Source: Lama guanicoe (lineage: Eukaryota). Taken from it: 64,000 bases of DNA. The stretch spans positions 17,311,447 through 17,375,446 of the forward strand of contig MU057352.1 of assembly GCA_013239625.1 (NCBI GenBank), in the 5' to 3' direction. Positions 24,490 through 38,125 of this stretch are shown in pieces (the stretch's first letter is position 1; each line of letters opens with the position of its first letter). The notes under the pieces are model-generated. The model did no database searches, was not told the DNA's origin, and saw only the letters and a list, made by a program, of their open reading frames with translations. The position numbers and the translations under genes were made by a program.

Positions 24490-24930
24490 ATTAAAATGGT
24501 CCCTTCATCTAAAGCTGCCATTAATCAAACAGTCACACAAATATATAAAAACAGGACTGTGTGCTACATGGAAAGAAATAAGCTACAGTAGGAGTAACTG
24601 ACCCAGTATGATTTTAAACCACATCTCTCTAAAGCGAGTATGTTAACTAGTGGTGAGAAGACGGTGCGGGAGAGAGAGCCCTTGGGCAGGGACGACAGGC
24701 TGTTAGCTGACCTTGAGGTGAGAGGAAGGTGTGATTTCAGGAATTAGGAGAAGCCTAGTATGGCTGTTACATGGAGAGCAAGTCATTGCCTGGACTGGAA
24801 GAGGCTGCAGAAGTGAGGGGACAGTGGTCAGGCTGCAAAGTGTAACTGATTCTAGTCTTTCTCCAAAACACCACAGAAAGCACAGGAGGGTTTTAAGCAT
24901 AGGAGTGACATGACTATTATAGCTTCTGTG
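24490..24930 (-). mobile_element. L2 fragment
   Basis: Purine-rich L2 body ending ggagggttttaagcataggagtgacatga. Confidence 0.6.
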
Positions 24931-25269
24931 GGATGGAAATTCTCTGACTTTCACCCTGCCACCCTCAGGGTCGTAGGTCCAAACATAGTCATAAAAGAGA
25001 AAACGCTCTTTCACTAAAAACCACAGCGTAACTTGAAAAGTATTTTTCCAAGTTTAAACTTCTTTTTAATACCTGCCTATGGTAAAAATTCAAATCTTAA
25101 CACGGATACTATGGAGGGTAAACTTCCATTTTTCTTCAGACCTCCACTGCCCATTTACAGAAGCTTCTACTGTTAATGATTCTTGTATGATCATTCAGAT
25201 CATATACAAACACATGTTTATGGACAGATATCCTGTTGTTTCATGCAAAGAGGAGTGTGCTCTATAGTG

Positions 25270-25729
25270 TCCCAAAGGTTGCTTTGCCACTTCACATTGT
25301 TTCTGTCCCATCCCAGCATCAAGTCTGAGCTCTTTAAAAGAGAGAACTGAGTGCATGGAACTGATTATAGAATCCCTGAGAAGTCGAAGGATGATGAGAC
25401 AGCCAAGAGATGAGGGATGACATAAAGCCATTACCCCCCTACCCTCGTGGGTCAAAGGGGAGAGATGGGGGCTTTTCTCACCAGAAGGAAGGTGGAACCA
25501 CAGTGGTTCTGTCCAGTGGGATCTGGGCTCTGAAAAGACAGAGCTGCAGTCAGAAATACTGCCCCTCAAAGCTCCTGCCAGAGCTTTCCATTGGCCAAGC
25601 CCAGGCAGGAACCAGGAGGCATGGGAACCTGGGAACGCAGCGTGAGCTGGTGGGCTCTCCTGTGATACAGAGAAGAACAGGGGGAACAAGGGATGGTTTG
25701 TGGGGGCAAACAGACAGAGGATGGACACA
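25270..25729 (-). mobile_element. LTR33-like ERVL LTR nested in an old L1 (L1 pieces ~25010-25265 and ~25735-26030)
   Basis: ccattggccaagcccaggcaggaaccaggaggcatgggaacc...gggggcaaac...caca; flanks carry antisense L1 motifs (gatggacagttcagttgcttcca, ggataaattct). Confidence 0.6.
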
Positions 25730-26226
25730 AATATATATAGAAGTATCTTCTTTTTTCACCATAGCACAACATTCTAGTGTATGACTCTACCATCATTTAT
25801 GGAACTAGTGCTCTACTGATGGACAGTTCAGTTGCTTCCAGTATTTTTCTGTTACGAGCAACGTGACGATGAGTATTCTTATGTGTACATCTTGGCACAT
25901 TTAGGTGAGCGGACTTTTTTAAGGATAAATTCTTTGAAATCTACTTGGGGCAAAGGTATATGGATTTTGTGTTTGGATAAGTGTTTTCAAGTTGTTTCCC
26001 AAACACCTTACTATTAATATTAATCTTACCCCTTTGTTGGGGGCAGGGCGATAACTAAAATAAGTTAACTACTACTCCCTGTAGCCCCTGTCACACGGCA
26101 CTGAAAGGCGCACTGCATTCTTTAAGTGGGAAGGCTGGTTTTTCACGCTCTGTAAAGAAAGCTGCCTCATCGACGATTCAGGGCTGGACATCTTCTATTA
26201 GCCCACCAAGTGGAGGCTGCAAAATC

Positions 26227-26600
26227 TGTCTTAGTCAGCTTGTCCTGCCATATCAAAATACCATCGACTGGGTGGCTGAAACCACATACATTTATTTTCT
26301 CACCGTCTTGGAGGCTTACGTTTGGGATCGGGGTGCAGCTTCTGGTGAGCCCTCTTCTTCTGGCTTGTAGGTGGCCACCCTCTCGCTGTGGGCTAGCCTG
26401 ACCTCTTCCTTGTGTGTATTCAAAGAAAGAGAGCTCTCTCTTTTCTTACCAGGCTAGCAATTCTATCGAATTAGAACTCCACTCGGATGATCTCATTCAA
26501 CCTTATTTACCTCCTAAAAGCTGTATCTCCAAATACAGTCACATTGAGGGGTAGGAGTTCAACATGTGAATTTGCAGGGAACACAGTTCAATCCATAGCA
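26227..26600 (-). mobile_element. MLT1A-type MaLR solo LTR
   Basis: tgtcttagtc...aaataccatcgactgggtggct...tctccaaatacagtcacattg...acacagttcaatccatagca, with TG...CA termini. Confidence 0.85.
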
Positions 26601-27829
26601 GTACAGTTCTGGCCCTTCGTTCAGGACTTATCTCATGCTTAATTTTCAAGGGAATTTAGACTTTTGCAGTACTTGCTGGAGTGCTCAGATAAATGTTATG
26701 AATATGTAACTGGAAAGCCACGCCTTTTCTCTCCCTCAAATTTCTTTTTTCCTCCTTTTCGGGACTCTTTTCCCCTCTTCAAAGCCTCCATAGTGAAGGC
26801 AGTTTCACTTTTCATGCCTACAGTACCTTCTAAAATGCATCACACGTTTGCAGATTCCAGTTGCTCTGACTGTATGCGGTTGGTAAGCTACTAGCAAGGG
26901 GGAGATCTTGTACATTCTTTGATAAAGGCTTTTAATAGAAGAGCTAAGTTACATTAAATAGCATCATATACCCTGCCCACTTGAACAAAGGGAAAAATAT
27001 GTCAAGCCTTTCTGCACAGGCAACACACAGCACAATTTTCTGTTTGAAATGTCTGGCGAGGGTGGTGCCAAATTCATGATCCCTCTAAGGGGACGGGAGA
27101 GAAGTTGGGAGAAAGGAAAACAAATTTCAACAGGCCAAAACACGGTGGCTGTTGTTTTCTGCAACCAGAGGAAAAGATGTAACTCCTTGCTGATAAACAC
27201 TTTGACCTTGCCTGCCAGTCATTCCAGTCACTTCAGCTGGAGTTTCCTGAAACTCAGACACCCATATGGTGTCTACTCAGTCCCAAGAAATGGCTTCCTT
27301 AATTAAACAGAGATGTGTATCCCAACAATCACTCACCCAAAGGCTTTGGAACAAATAAATGTTCGTATCAGAAGGATGTTAGAAAATATTGCGTGCATAC
27401 TCAGATTTCCTCTTCAAAAGTCCATCAGGAAATGTGGTCATCTCTGGTGTCAATTCCGAGAGTCTCTCCCTGATCCATCCCCTGCCATGCAATTTGTCTG
27501 CACCTGGCTAAGGAAAATATGATAGATGAGAACCCTTCGAGCTGTTTTCCTAGCAGTCAATCAGGTACTTCTATTTGGGAAAGGCCCCTCCTTTAACTAA
27601 AAGAAACCTTTAGAAACAAAGATTTTGATGAAATAATTTTCAGAAAAACTACCTGCAGGAGAGAATTGCTTCCTGAAACAGGAGTTTGCCTCGAAAAGGG
27701 CTTAGCCGCAAGGAGCATCTTTAGGTGACTAGTAAGCTAAAGAGGGGAATGAAAGTATTTAATATTCAGCTGAAGGGTCACTATTAACAAAACCAGGAAA
27801 GAAAGTCTGTTTCACCACAAATAAAGTTA

Positions 27830-28500
27830 TTTTCATTCATGTATTGAACAAATACTTACTTAATACCTACTAGGTACTAAATAGGTACCAGACACTCTAC
27901 CCCCATAAAGACAGAAATAGTTCCCACACTTCTGAAGCTTTCAGTCAGTGGAGAGAGAGAGTGTAAAGAAATAGGTGGAGAAATAAACTCTTTGGGTGCC
28001 GGTAAGCCAGTCGCAGAGAGTGATAGGAGAGTTAAAGTCCATGGTACAAGTTAGTGTCATGGCGCATGCCTAGAAAGGGGTTACTTTTATGAGCTTCCTA
28101 GGGAAGAGCTTTCTGAAGAAGGAGCTTCTGATTGGACAAGGGAATGATGAGGACTCTGCCTGTTCTAGGAGGTGGAGTCAGAGCCTTCCGGGTAGAGCAA
28201 AGAGCAAGTATGGTAACCCAGGTGAGAAATGGCAGTGGGCTAACGCCGAGGAAATAAGAGGGAGATTTCAACCACATGCGCCCAGAGTGGTGGGCAGGGC
28301 CAGACCAGGCAGTGTCTAGACGGTCAGGGCAAGGATTTGGCACTTGAGTTGAAGGGCAGTGGGAAGCCATCGGCGTGCCTGAAGACGTGAGTGAAGTGAT
28401 CTGGCACACATGCAGAAGGACCATTACGGCAATATGACTAGAGCAGAAGCAGGAGGACCACCGGAAGCAGGAAAGTAATTGTCACCAGGACAAGCATCAT
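27830..28500 (-). mobile_element. L2 fragment
   Basis: Tail ttcattcatgtattgaacaaatacttact plus body gggcagtgggaagccat...gtgatctgg. Confidence 0.75.
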
Positions 28501-28939
28501 CAAACCCTTAAGTCCTGACAAGCAGAAGAGTGAGTCTTAGCGTCACCACTTATATCCAAGTGCTCTTGGTCAAGCCACTTAGTTTCTCTGGGCCTCAGAG
28601 TTTCATAGTCTATAAAATGAATATTCTGGTTACCTGATGACGCTATACACACTTCATAAAGATACTCGGAGAATCAGATAATGCAGATGAAAGAGTTTAT
28701 TAGTCCTACAGTGCCATGTTAATTTCTCTTACTACGAATAAATGATATTTCCTTGGAGCCTATGTTTGGAATTAGTACCCAACATGTCAAAAGGATGCAA
28801 GAGAACTAAATGGTAATATAGGCAGCTATACAGAAAGAGGCATTTATGCTAAGTGTACATGAACTTTCACATTTTTTTAGTTTCTGCATTTCTCTAGATA
28901 AATTGAGTTTTAATTGTTCCCCAAAGTAACAAAGATGAT

Positions 28940-29150
28940 GATGACGATGATATTTTTGAATGCCTACAATTTCTAAGATACAATTCTTAGTGTCTTACAT
29001 AATATAGATACAGTTATTCTTCCTGTTTTTCTAGAAAAAGGACTGGAGCTGAGGGAGGTAAGTACCTTGCATGAGATCAACAGCTAGTGAATAGATTTGA
29101 GTCCAGACAGTCTAATTTCAGAGTCTGCGCTCTTTACAACTAGCTCTGCT
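28940..29150 (-). mobile_element. MIR
   Basis: gaggtaagtaccttgc...cagctagtga...gatttgagtccagacagtct...cagagtctgcgctcttta. Confidence 0.75.
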
Positions 29151-29540
29151 ACTTATAACGAACATGAGGGCTTTCTAAAGCTGGAAGTCAGTTTTGTCCT
29201 GCAGAGTGATTAGGTATCACGATAGCAACCAACAGTAGAAAGTAAATGAGGGTAATTTCTCTTCTTAGATTAAAATCTGGTATCTGTAGATATTTATCAG
29301 CATGCAGACCCCAAGTGGTCACACAGTTTGAACTTACACTTTGATCAAGCCCCAACTCCCGTCAAATTTTTGGTCTTCTAGAAACAATTTGCATTGTAGG
29401 TTGACATGAGGCAAATGTGACAATATGCGGTGGCAGGATGTAGTAACAACGCCTCCATCAGGCAAACGAGTGCTCCTAGGATCAGAGGTAGAATACAGGA
29501 CAGTTCGGGGATCAAAGCTAGGTCACTGATACTAAAAATA

Positions 29541-30696
29541 CTTTATTTCTGAGTGGTTTGTTCTTTTGATACTATTGTAAAGGGGATTTCTTTCTTAATA
29601 TCTCTTTCAGATGGTTCATTGTTAGTGTATAGAAATGCGCCTGATTTTCGTGTGCTGATTTTGTATCCTGCAGCTTTACTGAACTCATTTATTAGTTCTG
29701 ACAGATACTTGGTGGAGTCTCTAGGGTTTCCTGTATATNNNNNNNNNNNNNNNNNNNNNNNNNNNNNNNNNNNNNNNNNNNNNNNNNNNNNNNNNNNNNN
29801 NNNNNNNNNNNNNNNNNNNNNNNNNNNNNNNNNNNNNNNNNNNNNNNNNNNNNNNNNNNNNNNNNNNNNNNNNNNNNNNNNNNNNNNNNNNNNNNNNNNN
29901 NNNNNNNNNNNNNNNNNNNNNNNNNNNNNNNNNNNNNNNNNNNNNNNNNNNNNNNNNNNNNNNNNNNNNNNNCACTATGAACAACTATATGCCAGGAAAC
30001 TGGACAACCTTGAAGANNNNNNNNNNNNNNNNNNNNNNNNNNNNNNNNNNNNNNNNNNNNNNNNNNNNNNNNNNNNNNNNNNNNNNNNNNNNNNNNNNNN
30101 NNNNNNNNNNNNNNNNNNNNNNNNNNNNNNNNNNNNNNNNNNNNNNNNNNNNNNNNNNNNNNNNNNNNNNNNNNNNNNNNNNNNNNNNNNNNNNNNNNNN
30201 NNNNNNNNNNNNNNNNNNNNNNNNNNNNNNNNNNNNNNNNNNNNNNNNNNNNNNNNNNNNNNNNNNNNNNNNNNNNNNNNNNNNNNNNNNNNNNNNNNNN
30301 NNNNNNNNNNNNNNNNNNNNNNNNNNNNNNNNNNNNNNNNNNNNNNNNNNNNNNNNNNNNNNNNNNNNNNNNNNNNNNNNNNNNNNNNNNNNNNNNNNNN
30401 NNNNNNNNNNNNNNNNNNNNNNNNNNNNNNNNNNNNNNNNNNNNNNNNNNNNNNNNNNNNNNNNNNNNNNNNNNNNNNNNNNNNNNNNNNNNNNNNNNNA
30501 CGAGGGATAAAAANNNNNNNNNNNNNNNNNNNNNNNNNNNNNNNNNNNNNNNNNNNNNNNNNNNNNNNNNNNNNNNNNNNNNNNNNNNNNNNNNNNNNNN
30601 NNNNNNNNNNNNNNNNNNNNNNNNNNNNNNNNNNNNNNNNNNNNNNNNNNNNNNNNNNNNNNNNNNNNNNNNNAAAAAAAAAGGCTAAAAAAAAAA
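29541..30696. mobile_element. Rearranged L1 ORF2 fragment (antisense RT piece plus sense upstream piece), mostly N-gaps
   Basis: Minus strand 29738-29565 encodes [28 protein letters not shown]...AFLYTNNE...IPFTIVSK; plus-strand islands encode HYEQLYARKLDNLE (29973) and TRDK (30500). Confidence 0.8.
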
Positions 30697-32519
30697 TTGG
30701 CTACATGCTGTATTCCTACAAGGGTATAGAGGGTGTTAAAATACTTTAGCCAGATGTTCACATTTTTTTTTCATTATTCTCCTCAAAGGAGAAATTTTTG
30801 AGTCAATTAAACTTAATTTAAGGAGAGAAATTAAATACAAAGGCAGAAGATGTTCTCAGGTAGGGTTGTGCTTTGTAAGAACATGAAACCCTTGCAATAT
30901 TTCAGGCTTTTTTAACCTCTTCCCCCTCCAAAGAAATACTGCCCATGTGTGGAATATATCACTCTCATTGAGAAGAAATGCTTTAGCCAATCCAGTGCCT
31001 TGTATACTCACAATTTCACCAACGAGAGCCCGTTTTACTACCATTATGCTAAGTAACAAGGTCACTGATGCCGCTGGACAATGGACAGGGCTCAGCGCCT
31101 GGACTGTGGATCTTCTGATGAAATGCTCGTTCACCTCCTGGAAAGTGGGTATGCTGGTTAAGTCAACTGTCTATATGCACAGGGTAGACTAACCTGACAA
31201 ATGTATATATAACATCACACTGTGCTGAAATGTTTTAAAATAAATTACAGACATACTAAGAGGAGTCCAGAGCAGGGGAGTGGCAGAAGAAGGAGGTATG
31301 TACAGGGAATAGCCGAGACTACGGGAGGAGAGAAAGGATGGGGTTTGGCTCCAGAGGAGTGTAAACAGTGTGTATGGGAAAAGCAGCCCAGATTGTCTCT
31401 ACCATTCCTCCTCAGGTACATGAGATGGCCTTTGAAGGTTCATATTTCTGTAGGCGCCACATGGCAGTCAGTGAGAATTAGGCAGATGGAAGCAGTAGAA
31501 CCTGAGGACAGCCGAGGTCACCTTTTGGGTCCTGGTACAAAGGATAGTCTCTGTGTTATAATTTCTGCTCTCAAAGACAATTGCTTCTGTGGGTAGAGTT
31601 CCAGTAGAGGCAAAGACGTACTTGCACCTCTCAACCACAGCATTTGGAAGGATTTTGCACAGTGGGACCAGAAGCTGGGTCTAGACATGATGACTTGGTG
31701 GTTCTAACTCCAGCCATTGTGCAGCAGGAACACTTTCTTGGCAAGAGGAAGCCTCGTGGCTGGGCTTTCAAATTCATGAGAGCTGTGGCTCTTCCAGACA
31801 AAAAACATAGGGAGAGTCACACAAATTTTGCATTCAGTTTCAGAAGGTTCATGGCCTGTGGCTTCTGTAGGGAAACTGATTTGGAACATGATGAAACATT
31901 TTGCTGCTCAGTTTTAAAGAGGTGTTTGTACCTTGGTTAGTAATAATATTGTTGTATCATCATTTGTCATATTTCAATATTTATGTTTCCTGGGTTCTCG
32001 TCTAGGTTACCCATCCTGAATTTTCAGTGTTATATAAACGAGGGTTGTTTTCCCCTCGCTAGTGCATCACTGAACTAACCAAGTCTATAAATGGGCTCGC
32101 CCTTTGACACTGTGTCCTCGCAGAACAGCTCAGATCTCAAGGCAGCTGATTCTGCTTGGCAGGTGTGGGATGTGTGATTGAGTCATTCTCGAATCTCAAA
32201 GAGATATTTGTTAGAGGGAGCAGCAAACAGTGACTGATTCAGGAGCTCCTTGGGCTCCAAACAGCCTGGTACTTACCACAGTTTACATTTGAAGGAAGCT
32301 CTGCTGCCTCTCTTGCGGTTGTTAAATGTTGGGGACATGAAAGGGACACAAAAGCAGAAGTCCCGAGGGGCAGGCGCAGTGGGAAGTGTGGAAGAGGGGT
32401 TTTTTGTGGCCTTTCTTTTAAATCCAAGTAAGATAAGGTTTAGGGTAGCACAGAGTAAAGATCTGGCAGTTCAGTAGCCAAAGCAGTCAAGTCCCTTAGG
32501 GCTCTTTTAGATGAAAAAC

Positions 32520-32740
32520 AGCAGAGCAGAGTGTAGCTCTGGTTCTGAGGCTGGACTCCTTGCATTTGAATCCTTACTCTGTGTCCTTTCATTCCTCTGG
32601 GCCTCAGTTTCTCCATCTGTACAACGGAGATGCTAATAACAGTATTTACTTCTTAGGGCTGTTCTGAGTATTAAATGGGAAAATATATACAAGGCACTTC
32701 CAACCATGCCTGGCAAGCAGTAAGCTCTTCACAGCTGCCC
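32520..32740 (+). mobile_element. MIR
   Basis: ctctgggcctcagtttctccatctgtacaacggagatg...aggcacttccaaccatgcctggca. Confidence 0.85.
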
Positions 32741-35700
32741 GGGCCTGTCTGTGATCAAATTCACTAATTCACAAATTCACTAAGTATTACTTTAGAATGA
32801 TTGTACCTTGTGCTGTGCAGGCACAGCTGTCTAGGCCATGGAGTGGAGAGATTTTATAGTTTCAGAGATATTTCATGCTACAGTTACTGCGTATGTAACA
32901 GTATAAACTAGATATTTAAAGCAGAAAATCTTCCAGAAACCATGGCAGTCCAGTCAACTCGGACACAAGCGTTCAGGAATACCTGCAGTGTGTTCAGTCC
33001 TGTGCTAAGCACGGCGGAAACCTGCCGAAGGTAGATAGATGTCCACGTGTCTTTCTTGTCTTCTGGGAGTTTATCACCTGGTCACTTAATCAGAGCTTTG
33101 CCTAAGCTGTTACCTAAGCTTTTAAAAAGTTACAGAAAAGAAGTGGTGGAGAAGATCAAAAGGCATAATGATGTAAGTATGGTGTGAGGTCTTTAGGAGT
33201 TTAGCGGGTAGGAAGGATACATTTGAAATGGGCTTGATGGGAATGGGGCTACCTGGACAGGCTTCCTGAATGAGAGGGGCTTTGAAAAATAAGCAAGGCT
33301 TTGTGAAGCAGGTATGAGAAAGAAATGGATTCCAGGCAGGAAAAAGAAGGCTACTGGAGGCCCAGAGGTGGGCAGAGGGTGGGATGGGGGTGTGTTGATG
33401 GTGGTGGTGGTGGTGGAAGAAGACTGTTGGGTGTGTTGGTTGGTGCATGACCCCAGCAGAGGGAAGGTGAACAGCACAGGTGACAGGGGACCTTGTCATT
33501 GTGCTACAACAGCAGAGAAGGAAGATGCTGAAGGAAAAGTGTGGATGGATTTGAAAGCCAGATGCTACTGTTGTTCTGTGGGCAGTGGAGGCTCAAAATT
33601 TTTGAGCATGATCAGAACTTTGCTTAAGGCACCATTTGTAAACCACTTTATTCTTTTCGAAGTATTTTCTCATACTTTATTTCATGAAGTCCTTAAAGCA
33701 AGGCAGTGCAAAGTGTAAAGGAGCCATTATTTGCCTCATTTTGGCCTCATGTTTGTCTCACCACACCACGCACTTTGCAAATAAAGCAGAAGGATCCAGA
33801 GATTGTCCTGTTCACGCCCAGAGGAGGATTAGGAGGAAGGGGACGGGACAGTATGGACCACCTGTGGACCGCTCGGCAGAGCTGCTTGTCTGCAAACAAA
33901 AATCTGCTTTTGTTCCAGTGTCAAAAGTTTAAATAAGAATGACGTCCTTATTCATAAAATATATCTACATTGTCGTGCTATCTTTACCTATACCCTCTTA
34001 TTTTATCATGTAAACCATAGGACACAATCCAGCATTTGTACAGTGCCTTAAGTCAGCAAAGTACCCTGAGATCTTTTAATCATTTGACCTTTGACCAATA
34101 ACTGACAGGTAGATCGGTTAAAATATAATTGCTATTTCTAGAAGAAAATTAGAAAAATCGGGAAAGTAGCACTCAGAGAGGACCAGTGACCAGTCCAGAG
34201 TGGCACAGTCAGCAAAAAATAGTCAAAATCAAAACAAGAGCTTGAACTTTCTCTGAGTTTCTTTCAAAACTTCCATCATATTTTGCTAGCCGTTTCTGCT
34301 TAACTCAGTTCAAGCTATTATCCATCATTTGACAGTAAGCTTCTGTAGATTGAAGGGATTTTCAACAGTTACTAGAACTCGTCCTTGTCTGCTTATTTGA
34401 GGCTGGTGGACGGGCGCCAAGATGGAAGGTTACAAGTGGCCCATCTGACAGAGGGGCTGGCGCGCTCTGCACGGTGCTGGGACAGGTCAGCAGCATGACG
34501 GGACTCTGCCACAGCTGACCTGGCTATGAGACATGTTGCACGTTGTTGATTTTTTGGTCTGCTGTCCTCTCCACCCATCTTCTACTCCCTTCCCTCCCGG
34601 GCTGGAGGAGCAGAGAGAGCGTGACACTGGAGCTCACCTTCCCTGGCTGGGTACCCATCTGCGTCAGCGTGGCGTCGGCTTTGGCGCCCAGGTGGCTGGA
34701 CTTGAGGCCATCTTTGGGCAGCTGAGATGATTTCTTTCTAATGGTTTCTTGACCTGCAAAGGCAGGAGAAGGTCATTTTTGCTTAAAAAGACCTCAAAAT
34801 TTCAATGGGGAATTTGGTTTTTAGACATTTTTCTTGCCCTGCTCAGTTCTTAACTAATGAAGAAACTAAGTCATTTTCAAAAAAGCGACCTTGCAGCTCG
34901 TGGGCCTACAGCTGAGCTCGTGCTTTTCCAAGGCGTCCTTGTCTAAAGGAGAAAGCGAACCGATCATCCCCGTTTTGGGGCTTTTTGTTTGTTTGTTTGT
35001 TTGCGTTACTGAAAGGGCAACCCTCCCACAGGGCAGTGATGGATGTAAATTCTGGCACCCACACAAAAGCATTGAGAAATATTTGCAGTCTCTTTAGAAC
35101 CTTGTAAAGTTAACAGCTTACCACGGGAAGGGACTGCTGGAGCCACACATTCAAATCAAACTGAAGGGAGCAGTATAGAGATTACTAGTGTTATAGGGAA
35201 AGTCCAAAATGAGTACTGACCTACTCACTGCATGGGCTGTTCCTGTGTATTTGTATTTCAAGGAGCAGTAATCGCCTCTGAATCTATGGCCAGTTAACAT
35301 GCAAACGAGGTTTTATTGAGTGAATGGATGAATGCCCAGTGCATTCATCACCAGAGCTTTTATAAAAACTTTTCTTTAGCTGGAAGGCCCTTTGCCCAAC
35401 ATATTTGCTCTTACATTAAGTCAACAAGTATTATAAGAACCTTCTAGGGCCCAAGCATTATATTCTAGAGAAGAGGGATATGAATAAGTCAGGGCTCACA
35501 TGTTCAAGGAATTTATACTCTAGTAGAGAAGACAGATGAGGGACAAGTTGAAACAAGTTTCAAAAGATGAACCCAGAGTGCTGTGGGCGTTTATGAAGGG
35601 AAAAGAGCCCAGGACTGGAAAGTCAAAGCCAAGGTCCAGCAGTTAGACAAACAAATAGGAAATCAACTAGAATTCAGTTGAGGAGTTACTGAATAAAATG

Positions 35701-36094
35701 ATAAAAGTAATAAAAAAAAACTACCATTTATTGAGTCTTCATTAATTTCAGGTCTTTTCACGTATATTATTTCAAATATCACACTTTATAATACCCATTT
35801 TCCAAGTTAGGAAACTGCAATTCAAAAACTTGCTCAAGCCCACACAACAAATGACTGCCAGGACTGGGGTCGGGACACATCTGCCACTAAAGTTAGTGCA
35901 TCCCATGTAAATACAAGGTCGGTTCTTGATTAATGCATCAATTCTTGACAACTATCCACGTCTCTGATATTCCACTATCCCTCCCTACCTAGTTCCAACC
36001 TAATTCATTCATCAATTCAAGGAACTCTCTCTAGACACATCCTGCATGCTTTTATTTTTTGCTATAACACTTGTCATCATCTAACATACAGTGT

Positions 36095-36272
36095 GTTATA
36101 TTTCATCATTTCTAAGATGCCCCTTTCTTCATATTTTTACATCTCTGAAGTTATGGCGCATTAAAACACCAGTGACCTAGCAAAGTTTGTGATGTCTTTT
36201 TCTTTGTTTACACATAAAAATAACAGTGCATCTTCAAGTTGGTGGCATCTGAAGGTCCTAAAATATGCAGTA
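36095..36272. mobile_element. MER104-like (Tc2) element inserted in an L2 fragment (~36000-36420)
   Basis: tatttcatcatttctaagatgc...acatctctgaa...tggcatct...aaatatgcagta, with imperfect terminal inverted repeats. Confidence 0.6.
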
Positions 36273-37674
36273 TTGTGCTTATGTTATATTGCTTATTTTC
36301 TGTCTTCCCCAAGTAGGTTATAAGTTCTGAGAGGACAAGACTTCTGTCTGTCTTCCTCATCTTTGTACCCCCATCACCTGGAATGTTGCTGAACAGATTA
36401 ATGACTGATTAGACACTGAGTGTCTACTAATTATCAGGGGCTCTGTGAAGTGCTGGATAAAGAGTGAGGAATAAGATGGGCATGGCTCTTGCCCTTCTGG
36501 AGAAGATGCAAATTAAACAAACAAGCAACCAAATAAACACATAGGTAAATGTGCAGTGGTATGTGGGGAGTCAAGAGAATTGAAAACATTGAAGGTGCTG
36601 TGGAGAGAATAGATGAGGTGTTTTCCAAATTTAGATGGGGAAGCTGGGGATGCCCTCTCCAAGCTGGTATCGGGAGAGTGCAGGCAACAAGTCCAAGACG
36701 ATTGTGCTACCTGACATGTATAATAGCCAATGTTCACCCTCCATTCTAGTCCAAAATATTTTCTCCCCTTTTGCAACAGTGTGTGACAGTTATTGCATCT
36801 GCATGCATTTTTAGTTATATTTTTGAAGATATTCTTTCTATCCACCTAGACCACAAATGCATTCATTCTTCTGGTGGAAAGAAAGACCATTGGATTAGAC
36901 CTTGCTGGTGGTTCTAGCTCTGCCCCTCCTTTACAAATTGGGGAAGTTATTTAAACTCTCCAGTCCTCAATACCCTTACCTTTAAAATTAGGAGGTTATA
37001 TTAGAGAATTTCTAAGGTGTCACTGAGTTTTAACACTTAAATTCTATAACTATCAGCCCGTTTTAACAAACAGATAGTGAGGAGCTATGTGCTGCTAAAC
37101 TTTCTGCAGGGCACTGGAGGAATTCAGATGAAAGAAGAAAGAAAGACATAATCCACTCACTTAAGGTGTTTATGATCTTGAGGAGGAGGCTGATACGTTG
37201 TTAGCTTCAGTATAAGGCAAGGAAGAATTTCCTCTGTGTCTGAACTTTCAACTACCTGTCTTTCACAGGTCTGAGCAGAGATTCTGCCTCTTAGGAAAGA
37301 CGTTTAACTGCCCGCCACCAGCAGATGGGGCGAATGGTCACATCAACTAGACATGGTTGCATTGAATTTAAGAGAGAGTGGATTAGAGGGAGCTTTGAGA
37401 ACCTCAGTTGTTTATAGGAAAATAAGCATCTGTGTGGCAGGGTAACATGGGACTTGAAAGTAAGGGTCACTTTGTTCTGTTTGAATGGGGATGGGAGTGG
37501 GGATGCTGTGGGGTGGGTTAGAGGTGCCATGGAGGGAAGCTCTGTAGGGCATTGATGCCTCAGTGGAATTTTGAAGGAAGTATATCAGTTGGGATGCCTT
37601 CACTTCAGCTGGGGATACCCAAATGAAGAGAGATGTGATAGGAAGGGCAATCATTATTCCACATGATATAACAG

Positions 37675-38125
37675 AGGCAGGGAAATTCTAGGTCTAGTGC
37701 AACGGCTCAAGATGCCATTGAGAACTCAAAACTCTTACCTTTCTGCTTGGCCCTCCTCAGAATATTGATTTCTGTTCTTTAGCTTTTCGCCCTCATGATG
37801 GCAAGATGGCTGCCTGATCCCGCAGCATTTTTTAAACAAAAGTATTTAAAAGGCTGAAAAGGGGCAACTTTTCTCAAAATTCTTTTTATGAAAGAGAAGA
37901 AGCATGTTTCCCCATTTTGTACCCCAGTCTCAGCCCTTCCCTTCAGGTCGCAGTGGCCTTGGCTGGGCCCCATGCCTGGGCTCTAAACGCGCGGGAGCCT
38001 GGGAAAGCATGAGCCTGGCATTTTCAGCCTCCACATCGGATGGCAGATTCTGTCTGCCGGGCGGAAGTGTGTGTGTGAAGGAGGAGCAGGGAATGACGTG
38101 GCTGCTGGGTAAGCCTCCAACCCGT
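37675..38125 (-). mobile_element. Old MLT1 (J/K-type) LTR
   Basis: cctcatgatggcaagatggctgc...gcctgggaaagcatgag...ttttcagcctcca. Confidence 0.6.

Noticed and set aside
25195-25796. Cluster of overlapping ORFs up to 177 aa
   Set aside because: They lie in an LTR33-like/L1 nest with no recognisable domain or exon structure.
29553-30761. Long ORFs of 398, 258 and 177 aa
   Set aside because: Artefacts of N runs within an L1 fragment; the same applies to ORFs at 7408-7755 and 43758-44097.
32757-32783. Short tandem AATTCAC repeats (also duplications near 8803-8842 and 33100-33124)
   Set aside because: Ordinary slippage duplications with no spacer structure.
33122-33718. His-rich and Val-rich ORFs
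   Set aside because: Produced by a short (GGT)n repeat next to L2 sequence.
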